Part shown: piece by piece, positions 7,879 through 17,303 of the stretch
Layout of the letters: each line of letters opens with the position of its first letter
How positions within the stretch are numbered: position 1 is the first letter of the stretch
IMG/VR virus record: IMGVR_UViG_3300021400_000347
Location: 1-64,000 of that record
Strand: one strand, 5' to 3'
DNA from: a virus
Taxonomy: Duplodnaviria > Caudoviricetes
Length of the DNA stretch: 64,000 bases
The notes under the pieces: model-generated
What the model was told of the DNA's origin: nothing
What the model saw: only the letters and a program-made list of their open reading frames with translations
Database searches by the model: none
Program-made: the position numbers and the translations under genes

Positions 7879-8066
7879 TATGCCATCACGCATCTGCAAA
7901 TGCGTGTGAGTCTGTTGCAGCAGACAAAAGCGAAGCGACGAATGAGCTGGCATTCTCCCAGCCCCAAGGGATATATGTCGCCGGACACCTCGCCCGTTGA
8001 GGAGGGAAAAGTGAGTGAATGTCACTTAACTCACTACCAGAACATAAGGGCATATGGAATGGTATA
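7879..8066 (+). ncRNA. Unassigned multi-hairpin RNA
   Basis: Closing tatgccat/atggtata; helices cacgcat/atgcgtg, gtctg/cagac, gcgac/gtcgc, agtgagt/actcact. Confidence 0.55.
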
Positions 8067-8078
8067 TGTGACTTATAC

Positions 8079-8160
8079 GCCCGAGTGGCGGAATGGCAGA
8101 CGCGCCTGACTCAAAATCAGGTCCGTAAGGGTGTGGGTTCAAGTCCCACCTTGGGTACCA
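8079..8160 (+). tRNA. tRNA-Leu(CAA)
   Basis: cctga-ctCAAaa-tcagg, variable arm, ACCA. Confidence 0.95.
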
Positions 8161-8255
8161 ATGGCTTTTAGAACAAAAGAGGTTAGCCTGCGCAAGAACC
8201 CATGTGTCGTTGTGGTGACGTGAAGCCACACCAGCAGTATTAGGAGGTCATCATT

Positions 8256-9263
8256 ATGTTGTTAGATATCATTATCCCTTCCTATAAAAATATGTCAGGG
8301 CTAGTTAACACATTAAATATGATTGATGGCTAGTATTTGACTGAGGTAGCGGTCACTGTGGTGGATGACTGCTCCGGTGAAGACTACTCTGATATATTAA
8401 GCTAGTTTCCTTTTGTTCACCTTCTCTCACTAAAGCATAATGGTGGCCCTGGAGTTGCGAGGAATGAAGGTATGGCGCATACTCGTAACCCATATATTAT
8501 GTTTATTGATTGCGGAGATTACCTTATTAAGAAAGAATACCTTGGTTTGGTAATTGAAACAATTAAAAACAATCCTGATAAATTAGTCTATTCTTGGCTT
8601 CATACTATAGAAGAGCCTGATAAAACTTGGACTAATGAGACATAGAAAAATAATCGTTTACATGGAAGGGTGTTTAATAGAAAATTTATTGAAGACACCC
8701 ACACAGATTTTAGCGTAAGCGGTTCGCGCGCAAATGAGGATATTGGTTTTATGTAGGCTCTCCGTATATTAGTTTATTATACTAATCAAGATCTATGGTA
8801 TGAAAATGATACGCCTATTATTCTCTATACGTATGATGAAAACTCAATTACTAGGAAGAATAGACACGAATTTAATTTAAAAGCGGGGACTACAGGTATG
8901 ATTGAAAATGCTATTCATACCGTACATATCTTGTAGAAAAATCCTATTCCTGATGAAGCGTGGCAGAAATTCATCTATGAAAAATTTGGTGTATTTGCTA
9001 CTCATTTCTTTGAAGCAGCAATTGGTAATCCTAAAAAAATACCGCATTGTTGGAGCGAGTTAAAAAGGTATTATAATTATTTTGCTGAATACTTATCCAA
9101 TGTCAATGAAGATTTATTCCAAATCGCCATCGCGCCTATCCATAGAGCAACTGTAAATTATTTTCATGATTGGGATATTCCATTTTCTATTAATTATAGA
9201 CGCATATTAGATGAATTACCATAGAATAAAGAACCACCATCCTATTACTACTTCGATTATTAA
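8256..9263 (+). CDS. Glycosyltransferase family 2 (six TAG=Gln)
   Basis: IIIPSY, VVDDCS, NGGPGVARNEG, FIDCGD, NEDIGF; RBS aggagg; missing from ORF track. Confidence 0.85.
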
Positions 9264-9280
9264 TGCCCGAAAGGGCTCTT

Positions 9281-9354
9281 GCGCCATTAGTGTAATGGTA
9301 ACATTTCTGCCCTCCAAGCAGACGTTGACGGTTCGAGTCCGTTATGGCGCTCCA
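9281..9354 (+). tRNA. tRNA-Gly(TCC)
   Basis: tctgc-ccTCCaa-gcaga (C at 33), TCCA end. Confidence 0.88.
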
Positions 9355-9718
9355 TCAGGGCTGTGTTTAATGAGCACGGTCTTCGGAAAAAATTTTCCGT
9401 GTGACCAGTAAGTCTAAAAACTGCCGTGGGCTGAGTGTGACGCTCCGGGTCCATCGCATTATAATGCTGAGTTTCTCTTGACTCTGGGATGTTCCCTAAA
9501 TAAGATATTTAAATTAATAGGAGTCTTGAAGCTGTATTAGACTTAATACTCTCAATGCGGGCAACGTGGACGCACGATCCCGCGAACAAATCCTATTGAT
9601 ACTATAATGAGTAGATGCTTATCTACCTAGGACTATTGAGGACGCGAGCGGCGGGAATGTTTGAGCGGCAAAGCCGAAGGTAAATAGTCTAAGTACAGAC
9701 CACCTGAGTGTGGCCTGA
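9355..9718 (+). ncRNA. Large (~365 nt) unassigned structured RNA
   Basis: ORF-free gap between tRNAs; end pairings tcagg/cctga and ctgtgttta/taagtacag; taagtcta/tagactta; gactatt/aatagtc. Confidence 0.55.
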
Positions 9719-9722
9719 GTAG

Positions 9723-9809
9723 GCAGGCATGGCTGAGTGGTCGAAAGCAACGGTTTGCTAAACCGTCGTACTATAACTGGTACCGAAGGTTCAAATCCTT
9801 CTGCCTGCG
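9723..9809 (+). tRNA. tRNA-Ser(GCT)
   Basis: acggt-ttGCTaa-accgt, long variable arm, G73. Confidence 0.93.
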
Positions 9810-9827
9810 CTTTGAGGAGATGATTAT

Positions 9828-10223
9828 ATGAGTGAATATTATACTACACCCGCCTAGCAAGGTTGGGTGTGTCCAAAATGTGGCGCTGTTATGGCGCCTT
9901 GGCAGAGTTATTGTGTAAATTGTAAAGGTGTGAGTGAGACGACAGCTGCGCCAAATGTCACGCCCGAAACAACCCCATTTATAAGTCATGATGATACACC
10001 TTGGTGGATTACAAAGCCATTTATAAGTTGTGATGATACAGTTCCGGCGGAGAAGATTACAATAAGTAGTGAAGTAGATAAATATGGATTACGAGAATCA
10101 TTAATTCATCCAAAAATAGAATCTCCATGTACATATTATATGAAAGAATATGGCAGAAAAGTTTGCTACGGAACGAAAGAAAAGGATGAGGTCAGCTGTA
10201 ACGGCGATACAAATAAATGTTAG
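9828..10223 (+). CDS. Hypothetical Zn-ribbon protein (one TAG=Gln)
   Basis: RBS gaggag; PA*QGWVCPKCG..CVNC. Confidence 0.7.
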
Positions 10224-10291
10224 ATTCACTTCTAACGCGCGCGGAGGCGAACAAATGTTCGCCTCCCGTTCTTTTTCAAGAGGTGAGAAGA

Positions 10292-10585
10292 ATGAAAGAA
10301 GTTACAGCAGACGATTTATATAATGAACTCCCGCCAATCTTTTTCCCAGCTCTCTTGGGCGAAATTGTAAGTATGTATGGTGAGCCATTCTTTGGAGATA
10401 TAGGAAGTCTTGCCTGGTACTCGGCATTTAAGGCAGCGTGTAAAAAAATTAATGCTAAATGGATATATAAAAAGTATCGTAGAATGCCGTGGGATGTTGG
10501 GGACGAGTTCGCTTGGATGGTTAGTAATAAAATTCAAAGTCTAACTCCCGCAGAACGTCAAGCATATTAGAATTTTATAAAATAA
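10292..10585 (+). CDS. Hypothetical protein (reads through TAG 10568)
   Basis: RBS gaggtg; ends TAA. Confidence 0.65.
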
Positions 10586-10590
10586 AAATA

Positions 10591-10619
10591 TTGACTTTTA
10601 ATAAAAATTAGAGTATAAT
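10591..10619 (+). promoter_or_regulatory. sigmaA-type promoter
   Basis: TTGACT-N17-TATAAT. Confidence 0.8.
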
Positions 10620-10751
10620 ATGTATGTACAAAAGGAAAGGAGTACCGATTATGAAGAACGAAGAGATTCATTACACTAACGACAATGATAAGATTAATGA
10701 GTATCAGGACAAGAATGACAATGGCAGCGCGGGCAAAGGAGTTGTTGTGCG

Positions 10752-10955
10752 GTGATTTGGTTCTATAAGATTGAATATTGGCACGAATCAGAGATTAAAA
10801 CCGATCGCGGTTTTATTGGCGCGAATACTACTGATATTGTAGATGAGCTTGAAAATGTTTATGGCGGTGTTACTCATAATAGTATCGAACGCATTGAACT
10901 TCGTCCTGTTGGAGTTCATATAGATGAGAATGATATCTTTGAAATGTTTGATTAA
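10752..10955 (+). CDS. Small acidic hypothetical protein
   Basis: RBS aaggag; resembles 7285..7491. Confidence 0.6.
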   Translation: MIWFYKIEYWHESEIKTDRGFIGANTTDIVDELENVYGGVTHNSIERIELRPVGVHIDENDIFEMFD

Positions 10956-10977
10956 ACGGCGGCGCAGGCCGCTTTAA

Positions 10978-11048
10978 TGGGGGCTCGTATAGCGGCAGTA
11001 CAGCAGACTTTGACTCTGCTAGTGGTGGTTCGACCCCACCGCCCCCAG
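10978..11048 (+). tRNA. tRNA-Gln(TTG)
   Basis: U1-A72, gcaga-ctTTGac-tctgc, G73. Confidence 0.92.
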
Positions 11049-11120
11049 CTTTGGTATAAGGATGCCCCAGATAGCTATGAAACAATAAACGGGGATTGGC
11101 GGATTCCTTATACCATTTAT

Positions 11121-11207
11121 GGGCCAGTAGCTAAATGGTTATAGCCCAGGTCTTATAAACCGGAGGCCCTCACAAGGTATATCTTGGTTCAAGTCCAAGC
11201 TGGCCTA
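11121..11207 (+). tRNA. tRNA with UAU anticodon (nominal Ile), long variable arm
   Basis: gggccag/ctggcct acceptor, loop ctTATaa, 19-nt variable region, A73. Confidence 0.78.
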
Positions 11208-11213
11208 CTTATT

Positions 11214-11320
11214 GGAAGATGGCCGAGTAGTAAGGCAGCCCGCTGTGCCGGCGGGCGTAGAGCGTTCGATTCGCCGTAGGTTGTGGCAAACCACATAGGG
11301 TGCAAGTCCCTATTCTTCCA
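11214..11320 (+). ncRNA. Aberrant tRNA-like RNA with extra arms
   Basis: ggaaga/tcttcc ends, D-like arm, gcccgc/gcgggc arm, internal gcg-ttcgatt-cgc and terminal ataggg-tgcaagt-ccctat T-like arms. Confidence 0.6.
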
Positions 11321-11325
11321 TTTAT

Positions 11326-11411
11326 GCAAGCGTGACCGAGTGGCTTAAGGTGGCGGTCTTGAAAACCGTTGTAGCTAATCACTACCGTGGGTTCAAATCC
11401 TACCGCTTGCG
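11326..11411 (+). tRNA. tRNA-Ser(TGA)
   Basis: gcggt-ctTGAaa-accgt, long variable arm, G73. Confidence 0.93.
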
Positions 11412-11429
11412 CTTAGAAAGGAGTTTGTT

Positions 11430-12143
11430 ATGTCTCGTATATTTTACTTTACTGATGTCCATGGTCATGAATTAACTTTTCATGTCCTAGATTGGTGCTT
11501 TAGACAAGATCCTAATTGTACCATTATCTTTGGCGGCGATGCCATTGACAGAGGTAACTGTGGCTACAAAATTATGCTATCCTTGCTTCAAATGCCTAAC
11601 GTAATCTATCTACTTGGTAATCATGAAGATATGTTTATTAAAGCAGCATATGATGTCGCGCATGATAATTTTAAGTCCACAGCCGTACAGCTACATTGCT
11701 ATAATGGCGGCCTTAAGACATTAGAGGATTGGTGTGATGAAGATTGTCCAATGGATGTTATTGAGCGGCTACAGCGCTTACCTTTAACATATTCCTATGA
11801 GAATATAGATTTCTGTCATGCGGGCGCAAAGTATATTGATTTTTGCCAAAAAACTGCCCATCCGCTGTTATGGGATAGAGATGAGCTTATCTCTGACTGG
11901 GCGCAAAACCGCTATTGTGTTCATGGGCATACCCCCATCTGCTCACATTTAGGCGGCAGATTGACCCGTCCGCAGCTTTGGCTGAACAAGGATAAGACAG
12001 GCGGCCGCATTAATATGGATGGCGGCACTTATAATACAAACAAAATCTTTGTCTTAGACATTGAGACATTTATGGTCTATGAGTTTGTATCTACAAATAA
12101 AGAACCAATTACAGAATATTCAGTTTTGGAAAGTCAAGAGTAA
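11430..12143 (+). CDS. Calcineurin-like metallophosphoesterase (PPP/NinI-like)
   Basis: DVHG, GDAIDRG, GNHE, HAG, HGHT. Confidence 0.9.
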   Translation: MSRIFYFTDVHGHELTFHVLDWCFRQDPNCTIIFGGDAIDRGNCGYKIMLSLLQMPNVIYLLGNHEDMFIKAAYDVAHDNFKSTAVQLHCYNGGLKTLEDWCDEDCPMDVIERLQRLPLTYSYENIDFCHAGAKYIDFCQKTAHPLLWDRDELISDWAQNRYCVHGHTPICSHLGGRLTRPQLWLNKDKTGGRINMDGGTYNTNKIFVLDIETFMVYEFVSTNKEPITEYSVLESQE

Positions 12144-12223
12144 TTTCTTGACTTTTTTAAATTATTAAAGTTTTTTAATAAGTATATTACTTTATTTTAG
12201 AAAAAGAATTGGAGGAATGTAAA

Positions 12224-12727
12224 ATGGCCAAAAATAATAATTTACCTTTGCCTCCCGATCCAACTCATGCCGTCTTAAAAAAAATATATCCTTGGGATGG
12301 ATATAATATAAATGTAGTTACACAATGGTTATATACTCAAGCTTAGAACACAGGCTTCTATGGCACATTTGAAGATTTTAAGCAAAGATATGGCGCTTTT
12401 ATTGAAGCATAGGATGCTCAAGATTTAAATGATTTAATTGAACATTATGAAGGTAGCTATCATGTAACTCCATCTATTGGCATGACGCAGGTTTTATAGA
12501 CTGAAAATAAGGTATTAAATGAAAATATTATCGTAGATGCTATTCCAGATAATATTATTAATCGTAAACCCACTTATACTGGAAAGTATTAGGTTACCCC
12601 TCTACCATTTACCGCGCAAATTCTACGCACGGATGAGCGCATATTAACAGAAAATATTATTGTAGAAGAAATACCATATGCAGAAACAACTAATGCTGCA
12701 GGCGGTTATACTGTAACAATTGGATAA
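12224..12727 (+). CDS. Putative virion/tail-associated protein (four TAG=Gln)
   Basis: RBS ggagg; repeated YxGxYxVTP motif; C-term NAAGGYTVTIG similar to next gene. Confidence 0.7.
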
Positions 12728-12740
12728 GGAGGAATTTATT

Positions 12741-13355
12741 ATGCCTACTAATTTATATAAAAATAAAGTTATCTATGGAGGTCAAATTTTAATTGACCTT
12801 ACAGGAGATGACGTAACTCGCGCAGATGTACAATCTGGAAAACAATTTCACTTACCAACTGGTGAGATAACTACTGGAACTAATACTTTTGATGCCGATA
12901 CTCGCGATGCTACTGCAGTCGCGGCAGAAATACTAGACACAAAAACTGCTTATAAGAATGGCACGAAATTAACAGGAACTATGCCTAATCGTGGAAGTCA
13001 AGTTGGCGCTATTACTGAGAAGGCAGGTGCCGTTACCATTCAACAAGGTTATCATGATGGAGGAGGCTCCATCGGGATTGATAGTGTAGAATAGGCTAAA
13101 TTAATTCCAACCAATATTCGTAGTGGAATAACTATTTTAGGAGTAGAAGGTAGTATGAGCGGCAGCGAGGATGTGCGCGCAACTTCTGTATCAATCACTC
13201 CTTATTTAACTTCACAGACAATCATTCCATCTGATTTAGGCAACTATAATAGTATTACTCAAATTAATGTAGCAGCTATTACATATGGAGAGGCTGATAA
13301 TGAAGCCGGTGGTATTACAGTGACAATTGGAGCAACTGCTCCAAGTGGTTCATAA
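12741..13355 (+). CDS. Putative tail-fibre-associated protein (TAG=Gln at 13092)
   Basis: Joins two track ORFs in frame; NKV..LIDLT, GYHDG, E*AKLIPTNIRSGITILGV. Confidence 0.75.
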
Positions 13356-13368
13356 GGCGGTGGCTTAA

Positions 13369-15303
13369 ATGGCTAACAATCCTTATATTAATAAAGTACA
13401 ACTAGCGAACGGATAGGTATTAATTGATTTAACAGCAGACACTGTTGATACCGAACATTTAATGCAAGGATATACAGCGCATGACGCGACAGGCGCCGTC
13501 ATTATAGGCACGGCAACAGGCGGTGCTCCGTGGAAAATTAATGTTGAAAATACAACTCCATGGCAACGGCCTTCTAGCTGGCCAAATTTAGATAGTATTC
13601 CAATAGGCGCGAATGAAGAGGTATGTTATCTAACTTATGATTTAACTAAAACCCCTGGATACGCATGGATGGGATTGTATTGTACAGTCAATGGCAGTGG
13701 CGCTAAATGGATTATAGAACGCGGGCATTTAGAAGGGACTTCATTTGTGGCAGATGATCACGTTGAAGAAGCAACGAAAACCAGATATACCACAGAACTT
13801 GATCCTGAAAATGGTGATGTACAGCTTTACAGAATAACTTCTACTTCTGGAGAGATTACATAGCTTTAGTTCGCTTCTATTGGCTCAACCAATGCTACTT
13901 GTTTTAATAACTTTGCGCAGCCTTGTGTAGAACGCGCGGGACGCTTACCCCACTTAACAACACTTACAGGTACTCGTGGCGCAAGAACTACTTATTATCA
14001 TCCAGCAACACAATGGTTAGAAAAAGATTCATTGGCTCCTGGAGAGCTTGCCCAACCAACTTCTCTTACCGGTTATTATAATAATGCGTATAAATTACGT
14101 GTTGTTGATTTTAGCCATTGGAAAACTGCTAATTGGACAAAAATGGCCAATTTATCTAATATGTTTGCTGGTTGTTTTTCGTTGGATGAAATAGATTTAT
14201 CTCCTTTGGATACATCAACATGGGCAATAACAACAACAGCAACTATGTTTTCATAGTGTTATTGTTTAAAATCAATTAATTTCGGGACAATGGATACTAG
14301 CAATTGGGCAGTAACAACAATGGCTTCTATGTTTGCCAACTGTTGGTCACTAGAAGAAATAGATTTAACATTCTTAGATACCGAGAAGTGGGCTGTTACT
14401 ACTCTCGCTACTATGTTTCAATATGATTATAATTTAAAATCAATTGATATGCACGACTTAGATACATCTAATTGGGCCGTTACAACAATGGCAAATATGT
14501 TTAATGAGTGTTATTCCTTACAGGATATTAATTTAAGTGGCTGGGATACAAGCGAATGGGCAGTAACTACGCTTGATGGTATGTTTAAAACTTGTTATGC
14601 CTTACATGAACTAACATTACCCAACTGGGACACAGCAGATTGGCCTGTTACAACAATTGCGAATATGTTTGCGAATTGTTATTCATTAGAATAGTTAGAT
14701 GTTAGTAATTGGAGTACAACTAATTGGGGAGTTACTACTATGGCATCTATGTTTTCTGGCTGCTGGTCAATAGAGGAAATAGATCTCGATTCTTGGGATA
14801 TGAGTAATTGGAAGGTAACTACTGTAGCCTCTATGTGTCAATATTGCCGTAGTTTAAAATCTTTTGTACCACATTGGCAAACTGCTGATTGGCCACTTGC
14901 TACAGTAACAAGTTTATTTGCCTATTGTGTAAGTTTAATTGAAGCAGATTTAAGTAATCTTGATGCTACTAGCTGGGCTGTTACTGGCGGCGGTACAGTA
15001 GTTCAAAACTGTTATAACTTAGTAACTTTCAAATTTCCAAGTGATGCCGGGGCGCCCATAACAACAACAAGTAACATGTTTTCCGGTTGTTATAGCTTAT
15101 AGCATTTACGTTTTACGGCTGTTAATGCTGCTTGGACATTAAGTGGTTTTAATTTATTAACGCGCGAAAGTCTACTAGATTGTATTAATAAACTTCCACA
15201 GACTTCAACAGCGAAGACTTTCACACTGGGTCAAGAAAATAAATTAAAGCTAACTGACGCAGAATTAGCAATTGCGACAGGAAAAGGATGGACAATTGCA
15301 TAA
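13369..15303 (+). CDS. Fibre/adhesin-like protein with BspA/DUF285-type leucine-rich repeats, 644 aa (TAG=Gln)
   Basis: Four track fragments share one frame; ~28-aa repeats LxxWDTSxWxVTTMAxMFxxCxSL; N-term NKV..IDLT. Confidence 0.8.
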
Positions 15304-15320
15304 TTTTAAAAATTTTTTTC

Positions 15321-15349
15321 TTGACTTTTTTTAAATTTTTCGCTATAAT
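15321..15349 (+). promoter_or_regulatory. sigmaA-type promoter
   Basis: TTGACT-N17-TATAAT. Confidence 0.8.
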
Positions 15350-15381
15350 ATATATGAAAGATGAGGAAAGGGGACTTGAGA

Positions 15382-16212
15382 ATGGCAGTCGCAAAGTCTT
15401 ATGAAAATATGGAAATTGTAGGTGAACCCTATGAAAAAGACGGTAAGATGTATGTCGTTGTCAAGCGCCCCTGCCCCCGCTGTAGCGGCACGGGTCATTA
15501 CTCGGTAAACGCGCAGGGTGATTCCACTTGCTACCGGTGCGGCGGCAAGCGCGTTGAGGAGAAAGAAGTACGGTGGTATACTGACGCGCAGCGCGCAGCT
15601 ATGGATAAGCGCGCGAAGCCTGCACCCACCCCTGCGCAGCCCCGCACAAAGATGAACGCGCGCTATAATTACTTTGGCTTTGGTGATGCTGGCTACATCT
15701 ACTTGGTGTGCGGCGAGTTCAACAAGGTTAACGAATGGGCGCATGAAACCGACCCTTGCCGCGCGCGGTTTACTACTGTCTTTGGTTGGTTCATTCCTTC
15801 TACTATGGAAGTGCCCGAGCTGCCTGAAGGCATTACTCTTATCAAGCTGATGTGGGATGAAGTAAGAGACGAAACCGACCCGGAAAATTGCTCTATGAAG
15901 GATTCTAGTTTCGTAGAGCAGAAGGTGCGCGAGCTCCGTGGTGAAATCTCTAGCAATAGTGAGTATCAGGGTGAAGTCGGGCAGTGGATGGACGTGTACC
16001 TCATGGTGCGCGATAAGTTCCAGGCTGATACTCGCTATGGCGACAAGTTCACTCATATCATGATTGATGCCAACGGTAATGTCTTCCAGTGGGCTACTGG
16101 TACGAAGAACTATGAAGTTGGCACTTCCATTCACCTTAAAGTAAAGGTCAAGGAACATAAGGAAATTAAGCACGAGAAGCGCACTATCGTGTGGTATTGT
16201 AAGGAGATTTAA
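15382..16212 (+). CDS. Hypothetical protein, Zn finger (CPRCSGTG..CYRCGG), possible C-terminal OB fold
   Basis: ORF track; motifs by eye. Confidence 0.7.
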   Translation: MAVAKSYENMEIVGEPYEKDGKMYVVVKRPCPRCSGTGHYSVNAQGDSTCYRCGGKRVEEKEVRWYTDAQRAAMDKRAKPAPTPAQPRTKMNARYNYFGFGDAGYIYLVCGEFNKVNEWAHETDPCRARFTTVFGWFIPSTMEVPELPEGITLIKLMWDEVRDETDPENCSMKDSSFVEQKVRELRGEISSNSEYQGEVGQWMDVYLMVRDKFQADTRYGDKFTHIMIDANGNVFQWATGTKNYEVGTSIHLKVKVKEHKEIKHEKRTIVWYCKEI

Positions 16213-16213
16213 T

Positions 16214-16411
16214 ATGAAGTTGCTTGATCAAAGGTATTTTGGCTCTATCGCACGGTGCGAGTGTGGAGCCGTTATAGGATATAACATTAAGGACGTATAT
16301 GATGACTGTTATATATACTGTCCTTAGTGTAAAAATAAAATTAAGATATTATTTAGTTACAAGTATGATGGGCTGATAAGAGAGGAGAAAAAAGATGGAA
16401 CTGTACTTTGA
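16214..16411 (+). CDS. Small Zn-finger protein (CP*C = CPQC)
   Basis: RBS aaggag; CECG..CP*CK. Confidence 0.65.
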
Positions 16412-16661
16412 GAATAGCCGTGGAGATTGGCGCCTGGTTGCTGATTGCGCGAACAAGATTGATGTTGGTATCGCAATTCGTGCCTTCATCGATCAGGCTA
16501 ACGCAGCGCGCGCAGATAACGTGAAATTCACCGTACCATATGTTCGCACTTGGGATAGTGATGGCTATCGACATTATGATGTTGGCTCTCATACCGAGTT
16601 CTTCCACTGGCATATAGGAAGTGATTCCGATGATTACGAAGGCAGCGATGCGCGTCTATGA
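16395..16661 (+). CDS. Hypothetical protein
   Basis: RBS gaggag. Confidence 0.65.
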   Translation: MELYFENSRGDWRLVADCANKIDVGIAIRAFIDQANAARADNVKFTVPYVRTWDSDGYRHYDVGSHTEFFHWHIGSDSDDYEGSDARL

Positions 16662-16905
16662 TAAACGTAGACAAATTGAAATGTACTTAACCGGCCATCG
16701 TCATCATGATATTATACATAATTTATGCGTAATGGGATATCAAGCGCATATAGATTATGTGATACTCGAGCAAGGATTTATGAATAATAATGATGTCTTT
16801 CTTTCGCGCGAAGAAGCCTGGGATGAAGCATATAGATGCGGGCAACTTAAATGGAAAGACCATTCCATTAACGATTATATATTATATTCCGAGGACTTAT
16901 GGTAA
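16630..16905 (+). CDS. Hypothetical protein (GHRH..QGF..FLSREEA..LYSEDLW)
   Basis: ORF with a motif pattern typical of small phage proteins. Confidence 0.65.
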   Translation: MITKAAMRVYDKRRQIEMYLTGHRHHDIIHNLCVMGYQAHIDYVILEQGFMNNNDVFLSREEAWDEAYRCGQLKWKDHSINDYILYSEDLW

Positions 16906-17303
16906 TGAATTGGCACTTACTTCCATTAGAAAAAGTTTACGACACGAAAATGAATACCACATATCTTAAGGTATGTTATTACAACTTATATGAGAAATAT
17001 GAATGTGGTATTATTGCGCAAAAAGATTGGGAGTTGATAGCCAAATGCTTTGGTTTCTAATTTCAGGATATATTATCATAGAAGTAGTTTATTATTTACT
17101 ATCCGATGGACTAAACTGGCTATATGAAAGAGAGGAGCATGAAAATGACAAATGAAGTAAAAATTGGGATGCTACAGGCAAGATATAACCTCCTAATGGC
17201 GCGAGGTCCGCATAACTATAAGTTGTGTCAGAAAATCTTGCGAAAAATTAGAAGGCTTGCGTAAGCAAGCCTATTTTTTTTATTTAGAGGAGGTGGAGAT
17301 TGA

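Noticed and set aside
9355-9718. tmRNA or RNase P RNA
   Set aside because: No tRNA-Ala-like ends or T arm with CCA; no GAGGAAAGUCC P4 signature
305-11085. Track ORFs overlapping RNA genes (305-502, 2475-2666, 7388-8229, 9211-9411, 10870-11085) and the 1865 start
   Set aside because: Shadow frames of tRNA/ncRNA genes without RBS
14100-15100. Diversity-generating retroelement acting on the LRR repeats
   Set aside because: Repeats differ at all base types; no template repeat or reverse transcriptase in the window
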